From: Nanobdellota archaeon
Lineage (GTDB): Archaea > Nanobdellota > Nanobdellia > Nanobdellales > Nanobdellaceae
Assembly (NCBI GenBank): GCA_020697515.1
Contig: JAIXNB010000015.1
Span: forward strand, 1-11,876
DNA: 11,876 bases
Reading direction: 5' to 3'
Shown here: one piece after another, positions 1 to 5,857 of the stretch
How the letters are laid out: every line of letters starts with the position of its first letter
How positions within the stretch are numbered: the first letter of the stretch is position 1
Translations under genes and position numbers: made by a program
The notes under the pieces: model-generated
The model's input: only the letters and a program-made list of their open reading frames with translations
Database searches by the model: none
What the model was told of the DNA's origin: nothing

Positions 1-60
1 AGTGATAGGGAGGATAATAGAGGTGTATCCTAATGGATGGCAAGTTGATATAAATTCTCC
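1..60. repeat. Left arm of a 60-bp inverted repeat (pairs with 146-205)
   Basis: Base-by-base check, position i against 206-i: 58 of 60 are Watson-Crick. The two exceptions (31/175 and 55/151) are both T opposite G. The arm starts exactly at window position 1. Confidence 0.95.
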
Positions 61-378
61 ATAAGTATAATAATTATTTAGATCTGTTTTTGTTATATCT
101 ACAAATTCATATACAGCATCTCTTATTAACAAGAATCCATGGTAAGGAGAGTTTATATCAACTTGCCATCCATTGGGATACACCTCTATTATCCTCCCTA
201 TCACTATATCTCCTTTATTTGGTATATATATCCCAGATAGAGGAGTAATTTTTATTTTGTTCCCTCTAACTTCTTTTATAGCTACTGAGGATGCTACTGC
301 ATAGTCTCCAATAAAATAATAAGCACCCTCCAGCCTGTCCCCTCTTTTACCTATTACAGTCCCTGGTACCACTATCAT
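1..378 (-). CDS. rrp4: Exosome complex RNA-binding cap subunit Rrp4, N-terminal 126 codons (partial; runs off window start; the last ~20 codons lie in an inverted-repeat arm and do not look like Rrp4)
   Basis: Manual minus-strand translation from ATG at 378: MIVVPGTVIGKRGDRLEGAYYFIGDYAVASSVAIKEVRGNKIKITPLSGIYIPNKGDIVIGRIIEVYPNGWQVDINSPYHGFLLIRD... This matches the Rrp4 pattern: VVPG N-terminal domain, then PL.G.Y.P..GD.VIG.V......W.VDI..PY.A.L of the S1 domain. No stop codon down to position 1. The ATG overlaps the TGA of the upstream gene (ATGA at 378-375). Confidence 0.75.
   Translation of the reverse strand, partial: MIVVPGTVIGKRGDRLEGAYYFIGDYAVASSVAIKEVRGNKIKITPLSGIYIPNKGDIVIGRIIEVYPNGWQVDINSPYHGFLLIRDAVYEFVDITKTDLNNYYTYGEFISTCHPLGYTSIILPIT
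146..205. repeat. Right arm of the 60-bp inverted repeat; this arm is genuine rrp4 S1-domain coding sequence
   Basis: Reverse complement of 1-60 apart from two transitions. On the minus strand it encodes, in frame, IVIGRIIEVYPNGWQVDINSP. Confidence 0.95.
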
Positions 379-824
379 TCTATTTCTCTTTTTATTTTAT
401 CAAATAGATCGATTAATTCTTTTAATTTGCTCTCAAATTCGTCTAATTTCTCTTTTAATCTTTCAATTTTCTTTTCGGCAATACTTTCATCAATCATTTT
501 TATTTCTAGCGCTCCTTTACTCTTCACCAATTTCTCATAAACCTTTTGAATAATTTTTCCAGCTTCAGTTTTTCCCTCCAGATGATTTCTTATTGTTGTT
601 TCAGACCTACCTACTTCTTCCGCTATCTGCTCGATAGTCATGCCTGCTTTTCTTCTAGCGAATGCTGCGGCAGCTACAGCTAAAGAATCTACCCATGTAA
701 CTCTATCACGAGGATCCTTTATTTTCTCTATAACCTCGGGATCAAATAATGCTGCCACTAACAAGGCTGTTTCTAGTTTTTTCACATCTTCTTTACCCAA
801 AGGTTGTAGAGGTACTACTTCCAT
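375..824 (-). CDS. Helix-turn-helix DNA-binding protein with C-terminal coiled coil (function unknown)
   Basis: 149-aa ORF. The central segment RRKAGMTIEQIAEEVGRSETTIRNHLEG is a typical HTH (TrpR / sigma-70 region 4-like). The C-terminal ~45 aa are heptad-like and K/E/L-rich (EKKIERLKEKLDEFESKLKELIDLFDKIKREIE). The stop overlaps the rrp4 start. Confidence 0.7.
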   Translation of the reverse strand: MEVVPLQPLGKEDVKKLETALLVAALFDPEVIEKIKDPRDRVTWVDSLAVAAAAFARRKAGMTIEQIAEEVGRSETTIRNHLEGKTEAGKIIQKVYEKLVKSKGALEIKMIDESIAEKKIERLKEKLDEFESKLKELIDLFDKIKREIE

Positions 825-846
825 TTCCTATATGATTGTTGTTGAG

Positions 847-854
847 CTTTTAAA
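847..854 (-). promoter_or_regulatory. Candidate archaeal TATA box for the HTH-rrp4 unit
   Basis: Minus-strand TTTAAAAG, centred ~26 nt upstream of the ATG at 824. This is leaderless-type spacing. Confidence 0.4.
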
Positions 855-962
855 TCAAATATAACCGAAAAAATAATGCTTGGATTTTAAAAATGTATAA
901 CCCCTCAGAAATTGGACTGATATTAAAATTAATTAAAAATAAATCAGATCGGGGTTTTAGTT

Positions 963-2063
963 CTACAGACCTTCTTTCAAAAGCCTAGTTAATAAGTATT
1001 TTTTCTCTCTCTCGTATTTTATTTTTACCAGATCCTCTCTCAACACGCGTAACACGTTACTTATAACAGAATACAACCCATATCCCTCACTAGATGCATA
1101 TAAAGATATTTTGCTACCAATCAATCTTGCTCTTACAACAAAGTACCTAGATCGTATTTTTTTAATGTGCATTATTAATGTTGGTCTTTCTCCTATCAAA
1201 TCTGTAAACCTTTGAACTAGTTTTTCTACTCTCTTTTTTATCCATTCTATATCGTACTCATCCAAGGGTATTCCATGAATTACTAGATTGAACTCCATCT
1301 TTTTATGATATGCTATATATCCCGCTAATATCTCTTTGGCAGATATCATACCCTTTAATTTAGAGTTAACTACTGGTATAGCAAATATTTTATTTTCTAG
1401 TAATAATCTTACAACATCTTTCAATTTGCTTTTGGGTTTTACAGTTAATAGGGGTGTAGACATTATACTTCTCACCTCTACCGAAAATCTTATTTCAGCA
1501 ATCTCACCAACTTTTGGTCGTTCTTTTTCAAATAGAATGTTTCTAACAATATCTCCCGCGGTTACCATCCCTACTGGCCTATCACTCTCATCTAGGACTA
1601 CAAGTCTAGATACTCCTTTTCTCTTCATTATTGCTATTGCTTTCGTTACAGGTTCTCTTTCATATATGGTAACAACCTCCTCATGCATGTATTTCTCTAC
1701 TTTTTCATTAAGAAACTCAGAATCTTTTATTTTCTCTAAAACATCATATATATCTATAATAGCAATCTCTCCACTCGCAGATTCAATTGGAAGTACCCTT
1801 ACATTGGCAGCAACCATCTTTTCTATAACTTTTAATATATCACTAGTATCACTTTCTGATAGAGGTCTCACTCGTATTACGTAATTTCCTATTTTTGCAT
1901 CTAAATTGAAAGCAACTTTTACGAGAACATCTCTAGGCAGAATTCCATAGTATTTCCCCTCCTCATCCAAGACTATTATATGTTTATTTTCTTTTATTGC
2001 TCCAAGAATTTCTCGAATTTTTGTATCTTTCTTTGCAAAAACTATTCTATCATCAGACTCCAT
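963..2063 (-). CDS. Four-CBS-domain protein (two Bateman modules) fused to a C-terminal HPF/RaiA-like (S30AE-like) domain
   Basis: 366-aa ORF. Four CBS motifs are recognisable: HIIVLDEEGKYYGILPRDVL, VRVLPIESASGEIAIIDIYDVL, VSRLVVLDESDRPVGMVTAGDIV and IFAIPVVNSKLKGMISAKEIL. The C-terminal 111 aa follow a different pattern (next feature). Confidence 0.9.
   Translation of the reverse strand: MESDDRIVFAKKDTKIREILGAIKENKHIIVLDEEGKYYGILPRDVLVKVAFNLDAKIGNYVIRVRPLSESDTSDILKVIEKMVAANVRVLPIESASGEIAIIDIYDVLEKIKDSEFLNEKVEKYMHEEVVTIYEREPVTKAIAIMKRKGVSRLVVLDESDRPVGMVTAGDIVRNILFEKERPKVGEIAEIRFSVEVRSIMSTPLLTVKPKSKLKDVVRLLLENKIFAIPVVNSKLKGMISAKEILAGYIAYHKKMEFNLVIHGIPLDEYDIEWIKKRVEKLVQRFTDLIGERPTLIMHIKKIRSRYFVVRARLIGSKISLYASSEGYGLYSVISNVLRVLREDLVKIKYEREKKYLLTRLLKEGL
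966..1298 (-). other. C-terminal domain (aa 256-366) resembling the ribosome hibernation promoting factor fold (HPF/RaiA/YfiA family)
   Basis: Sequence: MEFNLVIHGIPLDEYDIEWIKKRVEKLVQRFTDLIGERPTLIMHIKKIRSRYFVVRARLIGSKISLYASSEGYGLYSVISNVLRVLREDLVKIKYEREKK. It follows the beta-alpha-beta-beta-beta-alpha order and the conserved positions of the family as I recall them: M.[IL].[IV].G start, K.[LV].KL...F helix, [LV].[IV]...KK strand, AS.EG..[LM]Y..I motif, and a basic terminal helix. Confidence 0.6.
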
Positions 2064-2084
2064 TTATGTATATTATGCTAAAAG

Positions 2085-2093
2085 TTTATTTAT
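2085..2093 (-). promoter_or_regulatory. Candidate TATA box for the CBS/HPF-like gene
   Basis: Minus-strand ATAAATAAA, centred ~26 nt upstream of the ATG at 2063. Confidence 0.35.
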
Positions 2094-2173
2094 CTCACAA
2101 GATGATATTCTAATCTACAACTACATTTATTACATTCTTAACCCTACAAAAGCAAAAAATAAAGAATTGGTTC

Positions 2174-2536
2174 TTACTTCTTCTTTTTCTTCGAAAGTCC
2201 TGTTTCTAACTCTCTCTCCAACTTTGCTTCAATTCTCACAGCTTTTTCCAGAATTCTTCTTATTATCCAAAAATCTCTTGCAATTATCATAATACCTAGC
2301 ATTAAAATCCATGGGAGAATAGACCAACCTACAACTACCAATGTTAATGCATGATATTGCTGAGCAGCAGTTTGGGTAATCTCTGAGACAATATTTCCTA
2401 TACCCAAAACTATTAGTAATACAATAAACGCTGTTATAATAATTATTAGGTCCTCAATGAATATCTCGAGTTTCTCCATAGCATATCTAAACCTCTGGAT
2501 TTTATCCTTTACCATAAGAATATTAATAGCCATCAT
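2174..2536 (-). CDS. Small integral membrane protein, unknown function
   Basis: 120-aa ORF with two or three hydrophobic spans (IIIITAFIVLLIVLGIGNIV; LTLVVVGWSILPWILMLGIMII) and a basic, helical C-terminal tail ending KKKKK. A TATA-like CATAAATA (2561-2568, minus) lies ~28 nt upstream of the ATG. Confidence 0.65.
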   Translation of the reverse strand: MMAINILMVKDKIQRFRYAMEKLEIFIEDLIIIITAFIVLLIVLGIGNIVSEITQTAAQQYHALTLVVVGWSILPWILMLGIMIIARDFWIIRRILEKAVRIEAKLERELETGLSKKKKK

Positions 2537-2683
2537 TGAATATAAAAGTATAGTATCGATTATTTATGTAATAAATCAACGGAGAGAAAATAAAATATCA
2601 TATAATTAGTGCATAGACCAACTAATAGTTTAGTAACTATTTGCTCTATTTTGCGGATATATGTCAAGTACTAAAAGTTCAAT

Positions 2684-2698
2684 AGAAAGATTTATATA
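2684..2698 (+). promoter_or_regulatory. Candidate BRE/TATA (AGAAAGA-TTTATATA) for the HExxH gene
   Basis: TTTATATA at 2691-2698 is centred ~28 nt upstream of the ATG at 2723 and is preceded by a purine-rich BRE-like stretch. Confidence 0.45.
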
Positions 2699-2722
2699 TC
2701 ACCACCATACAGTAATAATAAT

Positions 2723-3441
2723 ATGAGAGCATATTATAATTTCGGAGAGGATAAAAAATATCTAAAAAATATAAAAATAAAGATTGTGCATGATGATGAT
2801 ATAGAATTTCCATGTTATAGGCCTAAAGAGGAAACAATATATATTAAAAAAGTGTTTCTAAAAACCTAGATGTTATTGCACATGAACAATCCCATGCAAT
2901 TGTAGATAAAAAGTATGAAATATGGAAAAAGATAGTAGGTCCTTTCTACGAAAAGTATGAGGACGAATATAATATGATTGTTGAAACTGTTACAGATGAA
3001 ATATGGGGTTATATAGAGAAAAAATTTCATGAAGCAGATGGGAGATTGTTCAGAATAAATGAGGATAAGATACCTGCTCAAACACAATTTGAGAAGGAGT
3101 GTATAATTGATATATATTGTTATAGAGATTTTTACAAATCACTTAATAAACTAAGTAGAAAAGTTGCAGAAAGGTTTAAAGAAAAATATGGAGATAAAGC
3201 AGGAGAATTTGTGTGCTTGGTTCAAGAGATACAAGGATTAGATGAGCTTTTGGCACATGCTGTTGGAGGACAAGTATTAGGTGGAGATGCAATATTCTAT
3301 AAGGGTTATTATTTGTTTGGAGGCTCTGCTACTATTTATAAACTCCGGGAAATGCTAAATGAAAAGGGATACTCCTATGTTACTGATATACTCTTTTCTC
3401 AAAGAGTTAAAAGAGCTAAAAAGCTAATAGGAGAGATCTAG
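2723..3441 (+). pseudogene. HExxH-motif putative zinc metallopeptidase, reading frame broken by a -1 shift between ~2846 and 2866 (pseudogene, homopolymer sequencing error, or programmed frameshift)
   Basis: ORF A runs 2723-2869: MRAYYNFGEDKKYLKNIKIKIVHDDDIEFPCYRPKEETIYIKKVFLKT*. The -1 frame is open from 2848 and reads KSVSKNLDVIAHEQSHAIVDKKYEIWKKIVGPFYEKYEDEYN before the ATG at 2974 used in the ORF track. HEQSH sits at 2881-2895, so it is excluded by the track's start. A6 (2846-2851) and A5 (2860-2864) runs lie in the overlap. Confidence 0.55.
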
Positions 3442-3477
3442 AGATAAAAAATACATCGGCCTCATAAGGGATTAGTA

Positions 3478-4107
3478 TTACTTTTTCTTTGATACAGCTT
3501 CATCTAATATCTCTGCTGGGAGTACAAAATACCGTCCTACTTTCTTCTTCCAGTTTTTCTCTTTCTTTTTTTTCTTAGAGTCATCAGTTAGCCATCTTGT
3601 CAACATTATAAAAACTCCAACTAGTACTAAAAATGTAAATAATCCAGTTTCTATTAAATACTTATATAGACTTTCTAATATTAGTTTAGATATCATACCA
3701 ACTGCTGTTGGGTTCCCCTTGAATGCATACAATGCTGCAATCACTACTGAGAGTCCTAAAACTCCGCTAAATATAGCCTGCCTCTTTTTTCTAGTATCTT
3801 CACCACCTGTTGGATTCCTAGCAAAAATACTGAATGCTATGAGTACCAGTAGTATAGTAAGAATCTCATAAAAAAACATTGCAAAAAACCTTTGAGTAAA
3901 TATTATATTATTTGTACTATATATATAATAAAGACTAAATACAAATGAGATCGCTACCATGATTCTTTCTTGATTTTTAAATATCCCTATTTTGTGTAAA
4001 AGCCCATATATCATTGTAAAAATTACCAAAAATGGCCCTAATAAGGTAGATATCCCATAGTTATTCAGGAGGCTCATAAATAAAGAGAGGTTTAACTCAG
4101 CGGCCAT
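3478..4107 (-). CDS. Paralogous 5-TM membrane protein, copy 3 (unrecognised family), with a long lysine-rich C-terminal tail
   Basis: 209-aa ORF. The N-terminus LLNNYGISTLLGPFLVIFTMIYGLLHKIGIF aligns with the same motif in the two upstream genes. About five hydrophobic spans. Tail: DDSKKKKKEKNWKKKVGRYFVLPAEILDEAVSKKK. Confidence 0.8.
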   Translation of the reverse strand: MAAELNLSLFMSLLNNYGISTLLGPFLVIFTMIYGLLHKIGIFKNQERIMVAISFVFSLYYIYSTNNIIFTQRFFAMFFYEILTILLVLIAFSIFARNPTGGEDTRKKRQAIFSGVLGLSVVIAALYAFKGNPTAVGMISKLILESLYKYLIETGLFTFLVLVGVFIMLTRWLTDDSKKKKKEKNWKKKVGRYFVLPAEILDEAVSKKK

Positions 4108-4126
4108 TTTATTATATTATCTTTAA

Positions 4127-4684
4127 TTAATTACTATTATTGTTTGAGGATGTTTCGCTAGAGGAAAGCCATTTCATTAGCAACCAAAACACCACCACTA
4201 ATACAAGAATAGCTATTATATCTGGAGTTATTATTTTGCCTACAAACTGTGCAAAACCAAATCCCTCTAAATAACTTGCAGAAGTGCTTCCTCTAATCCC
4301 ATAGACTGCCAGGAGTACTATTACTATTATTGTTACAAGCGCTATTATACCACGTGCAGTATCCCCTATTTCTTCTGGTTTTATGAAAAATGCTATAGCA
4401 ATAGCAAATAGGAATAAACCTAGAATCCAAACTGTAGCATGAGGAATTAAGTATACCATCCATTCCATTAATTCCTGATGGGCTAATGCCATAAGTGTAA
4501 ATCCAAAAGCAAATCCAGCATGTAGTTTTCTACCTACACTATCGTCATTATCTATTTTAAATAGATTAGCGGCTTCCAAAAGCAAAAATACTATGGAATA
4601 TATTAAAATAAATGGTAAAATTATATTATAAAACCCATATGTTGATAAAGATGTAGTTGCTATCTCATAAAAGTTATATGTCAT
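4127..4684 (-). CDS. Paralogous 5-TM membrane protein, copy 2 (unrecognised family)
   Basis: 185-aa ORF. N-terminal motif SLSTYGFYNIILPFILIYSIVFLLLEAANLF. About five hydrophobic spans. Polar tail SSSETSSNNNSN. Confidence 0.8.
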   Translation of the reverse strand: MTYNFYEIATTSLSTYGFYNIILPFILIYSIVFLLLEAANLFKIDNDDSVGRKLHAGFAFGFTLMALAHQELMEWMVYLIPHATVWILGLFLFAIAIAFFIKPEEIGDTARGIIALVTIIVIVLLAVYGIRGSTSASYLEGFGFAQFVGKIITPDIIAILVLVVVFWLLMKWLSSSETSSNNNSN

Positions 4685-4689
4685 TTTTG

Positions 4690-5268
4690 TTAATTATTAT
4701 TTTGTTCTTGGGATTTGGGCTCTCTAACCAGCAAATAAGCAATTACTCCGAATGCTGCCAACATTAGTATAGCCCCTATATAATCTCCATATTTACTCCA
4801 GAAGCTCCCAGGAACTCCCGATCCCGAGATTCCCTTTAAGAGACCAAAATAGTTCAATATAACTAATATAAGAAGTATCGTTGCTGGTATTCCCATATAT
4901 TTTTTAAATTTAGCATAGGTATCCGTCTTTATTAGCTCTCCTTCAGGCAATGCAAAGGCTGCTACTACTAATATTATTGAAAATACTATTATTAGAAAAA
5001 TCGCTATTAATGGAACTACTCCTCTTATACTCGTTACAGCGTGATAAGACCCTATTACTATAGATGCTATTGCAAAAGCAATCATGGAGGATATGCTCCT
5101 TGCCATCTTTGCCTCTTTAACGTTATTACTATTGAATGCATCTCCAAAGATCCTTGTATTGAGGAGTATACCATATGTAAGTGCATAAACTAATATCCAA
5201 GGAAGTATTATGTTAAAAAATCCAAATTTATCTAGAAGATTAATCGCCCCTTCATAAATAGCAACCAT
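4690..5268 (-). CDS. Paralogous 5-TM membrane protein, copy 1 (unrecognised family)
   Basis: 192-aa ORF. N-terminal motif LLDKFGFFNIILPWILVYALTYGILLNTRIF. About five hydrophobic spans. Polar tail REPKSQEQNNN. Only 5 nt separate it from copy 2. Confidence 0.8.
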   Translation of the reverse strand: MVAIYEGAINLLDKFGFFNIILPWILVYALTYGILLNTRIFGDAFNSNNVKEAKMARSISSMIAFAIASIVIGSYHAVTSIRGVVPLIAIFLIIVFSIILVVAAFALPEGELIKTDTYAKFKKYMGIPATILLILVILNYFGLLKGISGSGVPGSFWSKYGDYIGAILMLAAFGVIAYLLVREPKSQEQNNN

Positions 5269-5292
5269 TTTATATTGGTATATCTAGCAAAT

Positions 5293-5300
5293 TATATAAA
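5293..5300 (-). promoter_or_regulatory. Candidate internal TATA box in front of the membrane-protein trio
   Basis: Minus-strand TTTATATA, centred ~28 nt upstream of the ATG at 5268. Confidence 0.4.
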
Positions 5301-5316
5301 ATATTATCTTTAATTG

Positions 5317-5526
5317 TTAGCCTTCTAATTCTTCTACGATTATGGCATTTGTTGGGCAAGCTTCCTCTGCTTTCTTTACAAGCATTATAGAATCCTTATC
5401 CTCCACTACTTTCCTCGTTTCTTTTGCTTTTCCATCTTTGTCAAAAATAAAAAGATCTTTAGATATTAAAACGCATGCACCACAAGCTATACATTTTTCT
5501 TTGTCTACATAAAAAAATATTCTCAT
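5317..5526 (-). CDS. Small single-cluster [4Fe-4S]/[3Fe-4S] ferredoxin (Pyrococcus/Thermotoga type)
   Basis: 69 aa: VDKEKCIACGACV...DGKA...ACPTNAI. It has the C-x2-C-x2-C ... C-P ligand pattern, and its length and layout are those of the ~65-aa archaeal monocluster ferredoxins. Confidence 0.85.
   Translation of the reverse strand: MRIFFYVDKEKCIACGACVLISKDLFIFDKDGKAKETRKVVEDKDSIMLVKKAEEACPTNAIIVEELEG
5471..5509. repeat. 39-bp exact direct repeat, copy 1 (within ferredoxin A)
   Basis: acgcatgcaccacaagctatacatttttctttgtctaca is identical to 5685-5723. Flanking bases differ on both sides. Confidence 0.95.
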
Positions 5527-5536
5527 TAAGAGAGAT

Positions 5537-5743
5537 TTATTCCTCTTCTGTAATTATTGCACCTGTTGGGCAGGCATCCTTCGCCTCTTTGACCTTCTGT
5601 ATTAGATCACCATCCGAGATTTTGGTTATTTTGGTCTGTGATTTTCCATCAGACTCAAATTCGAATATTTCTGGAGCTATTGCTACGCATGCACCACAAG
5701 CTATACATTTTTCTTTGTCTACAGAAACTACAATCTTTACCAT
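5537..5743 (-). CDS. Small single-cluster ferredoxin, tandem paralogue
   Basis: 68 aa: VDKEKCIACGACVAIAPEIFEFESDGKS...ACPTGAI. Same ligand pattern. It lies 10 nt upstream of the other copy. Confidence 0.85.
   Translation of the reverse strand: MVKIVVSVDKEKCIACGACVAIAPEIFEFESDGKSQTKITKISDGDLIQKVKEAKDACPTGAIITEEE
5685..5723. repeat. 39-bp exact direct repeat, copy 2 (within ferredoxin B)
   Basis: Identical to 5471-5509. Encodes VDKEKCIACGACV in both genes. Confidence 0.95.
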
Positions 5744-5766
5744 TCTGTATTATATTTCTAACTTAT

Positions 5767-5774
5767 TTTTTATA
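5767..5774 (-). promoter_or_regulatory. Candidate TATA box for the ferredoxin genes
   Basis: Minus-strand TATAAAAA, centred ~27 nt upstream of the ATG at 5743. Confidence 0.45.
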
Positions 5775-5857
5775 GCTTTCCATAAGAAACTTGTATAACG
5801 TTCTCAATTCTAAAATAATGGGTATAGGGGTGTCGTAGTGCCAAAATTAGTATTTAT

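Noticed and set aside
1-205. Interpreting the terminal inverted repeat as a hairpin telomere or the TIR of a transposon/MITE
   Set aside because: The spacer and the right arm are in-frame rrp4 coding sequence, and the repeat is a copy of that coding sequence itself. There is no transposase, no target-site duplication can be assessed, and a telomeric hairpin would not carry an 85-nt unique coding loop. Fold-back duplication or an artefact is more parsimonious.
640-864. 74-aa plus-strand ORF
   Set aside because: Antisense shadow of the HTH gene (375-824). It contains the mirror of the Ala-rich stretch, and nothing supports it independently.
1336-1884. 182-aa plus-strand ORF
   Set aside because: It is entirely antisense to the CBS-domain gene, which has clear family motifs. 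Its product is low-complexity (S/T/I/L/F-rich), as expected from reading K/E/I-rich AT-rich coding sequence backwards. No start context or promoter.
2099-2105. C-box-like AAGATGA upstream of the CBS gene (possible C/D box sRNA)
   Set aside because: No D' or D box (CTGA) within the next ~60 nt on that strand, and no terminal stem.
2661-2726. 21-codon upstream ORF (MSSTKSSIERFIYHHHTVIII) whose TGA overlaps the ATG at 2723
   Set aside because: It is very short, and the best TATA box for the downstream gene lies inside it. It would probably not be on the transcript. Likely chance.
2866-3087. 73-aa minus-strand ORF
   Set aside because: Antisense to the HExxH gene region. The product is hydrophobic, low-complexity and Cys/Phe/Ile-rich with no motifs. 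The plus strand carries the HExxH helix.
2974-3441. The ORF-track model starting at ATG 2974 as the complete gene
   Set aside because: The frame stays open 126 nt further upstream and encodes an HExxH motif there with no start codon. A promoter-proximal ORF in the adjacent frame supplies the missing N-terminus. I therefore treat the gene as a frameshifted 2723-3441 unit.
5475-5798. 107-aa plus-strand ORF spanning both ferredoxin genes
   Set aside because: It is antisense to two ORFs with perfect ferredoxin Cys motifs and crosses their intergenic spacer. Shadow ORF.
5821-5842. Locally GC-richer patch ggtataggggtgtcgtagtgcc (possible split-tRNA half or sRNA)
   Set aside because: It cannot be folded into an acceptor/D-arm or T-arm/acceptor half. 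There are no conserved tRNA positions (U8, GG of the D loop, TTCGAAT). Too short and not GC-rich enough compared with the bona fide tRNA in the window.
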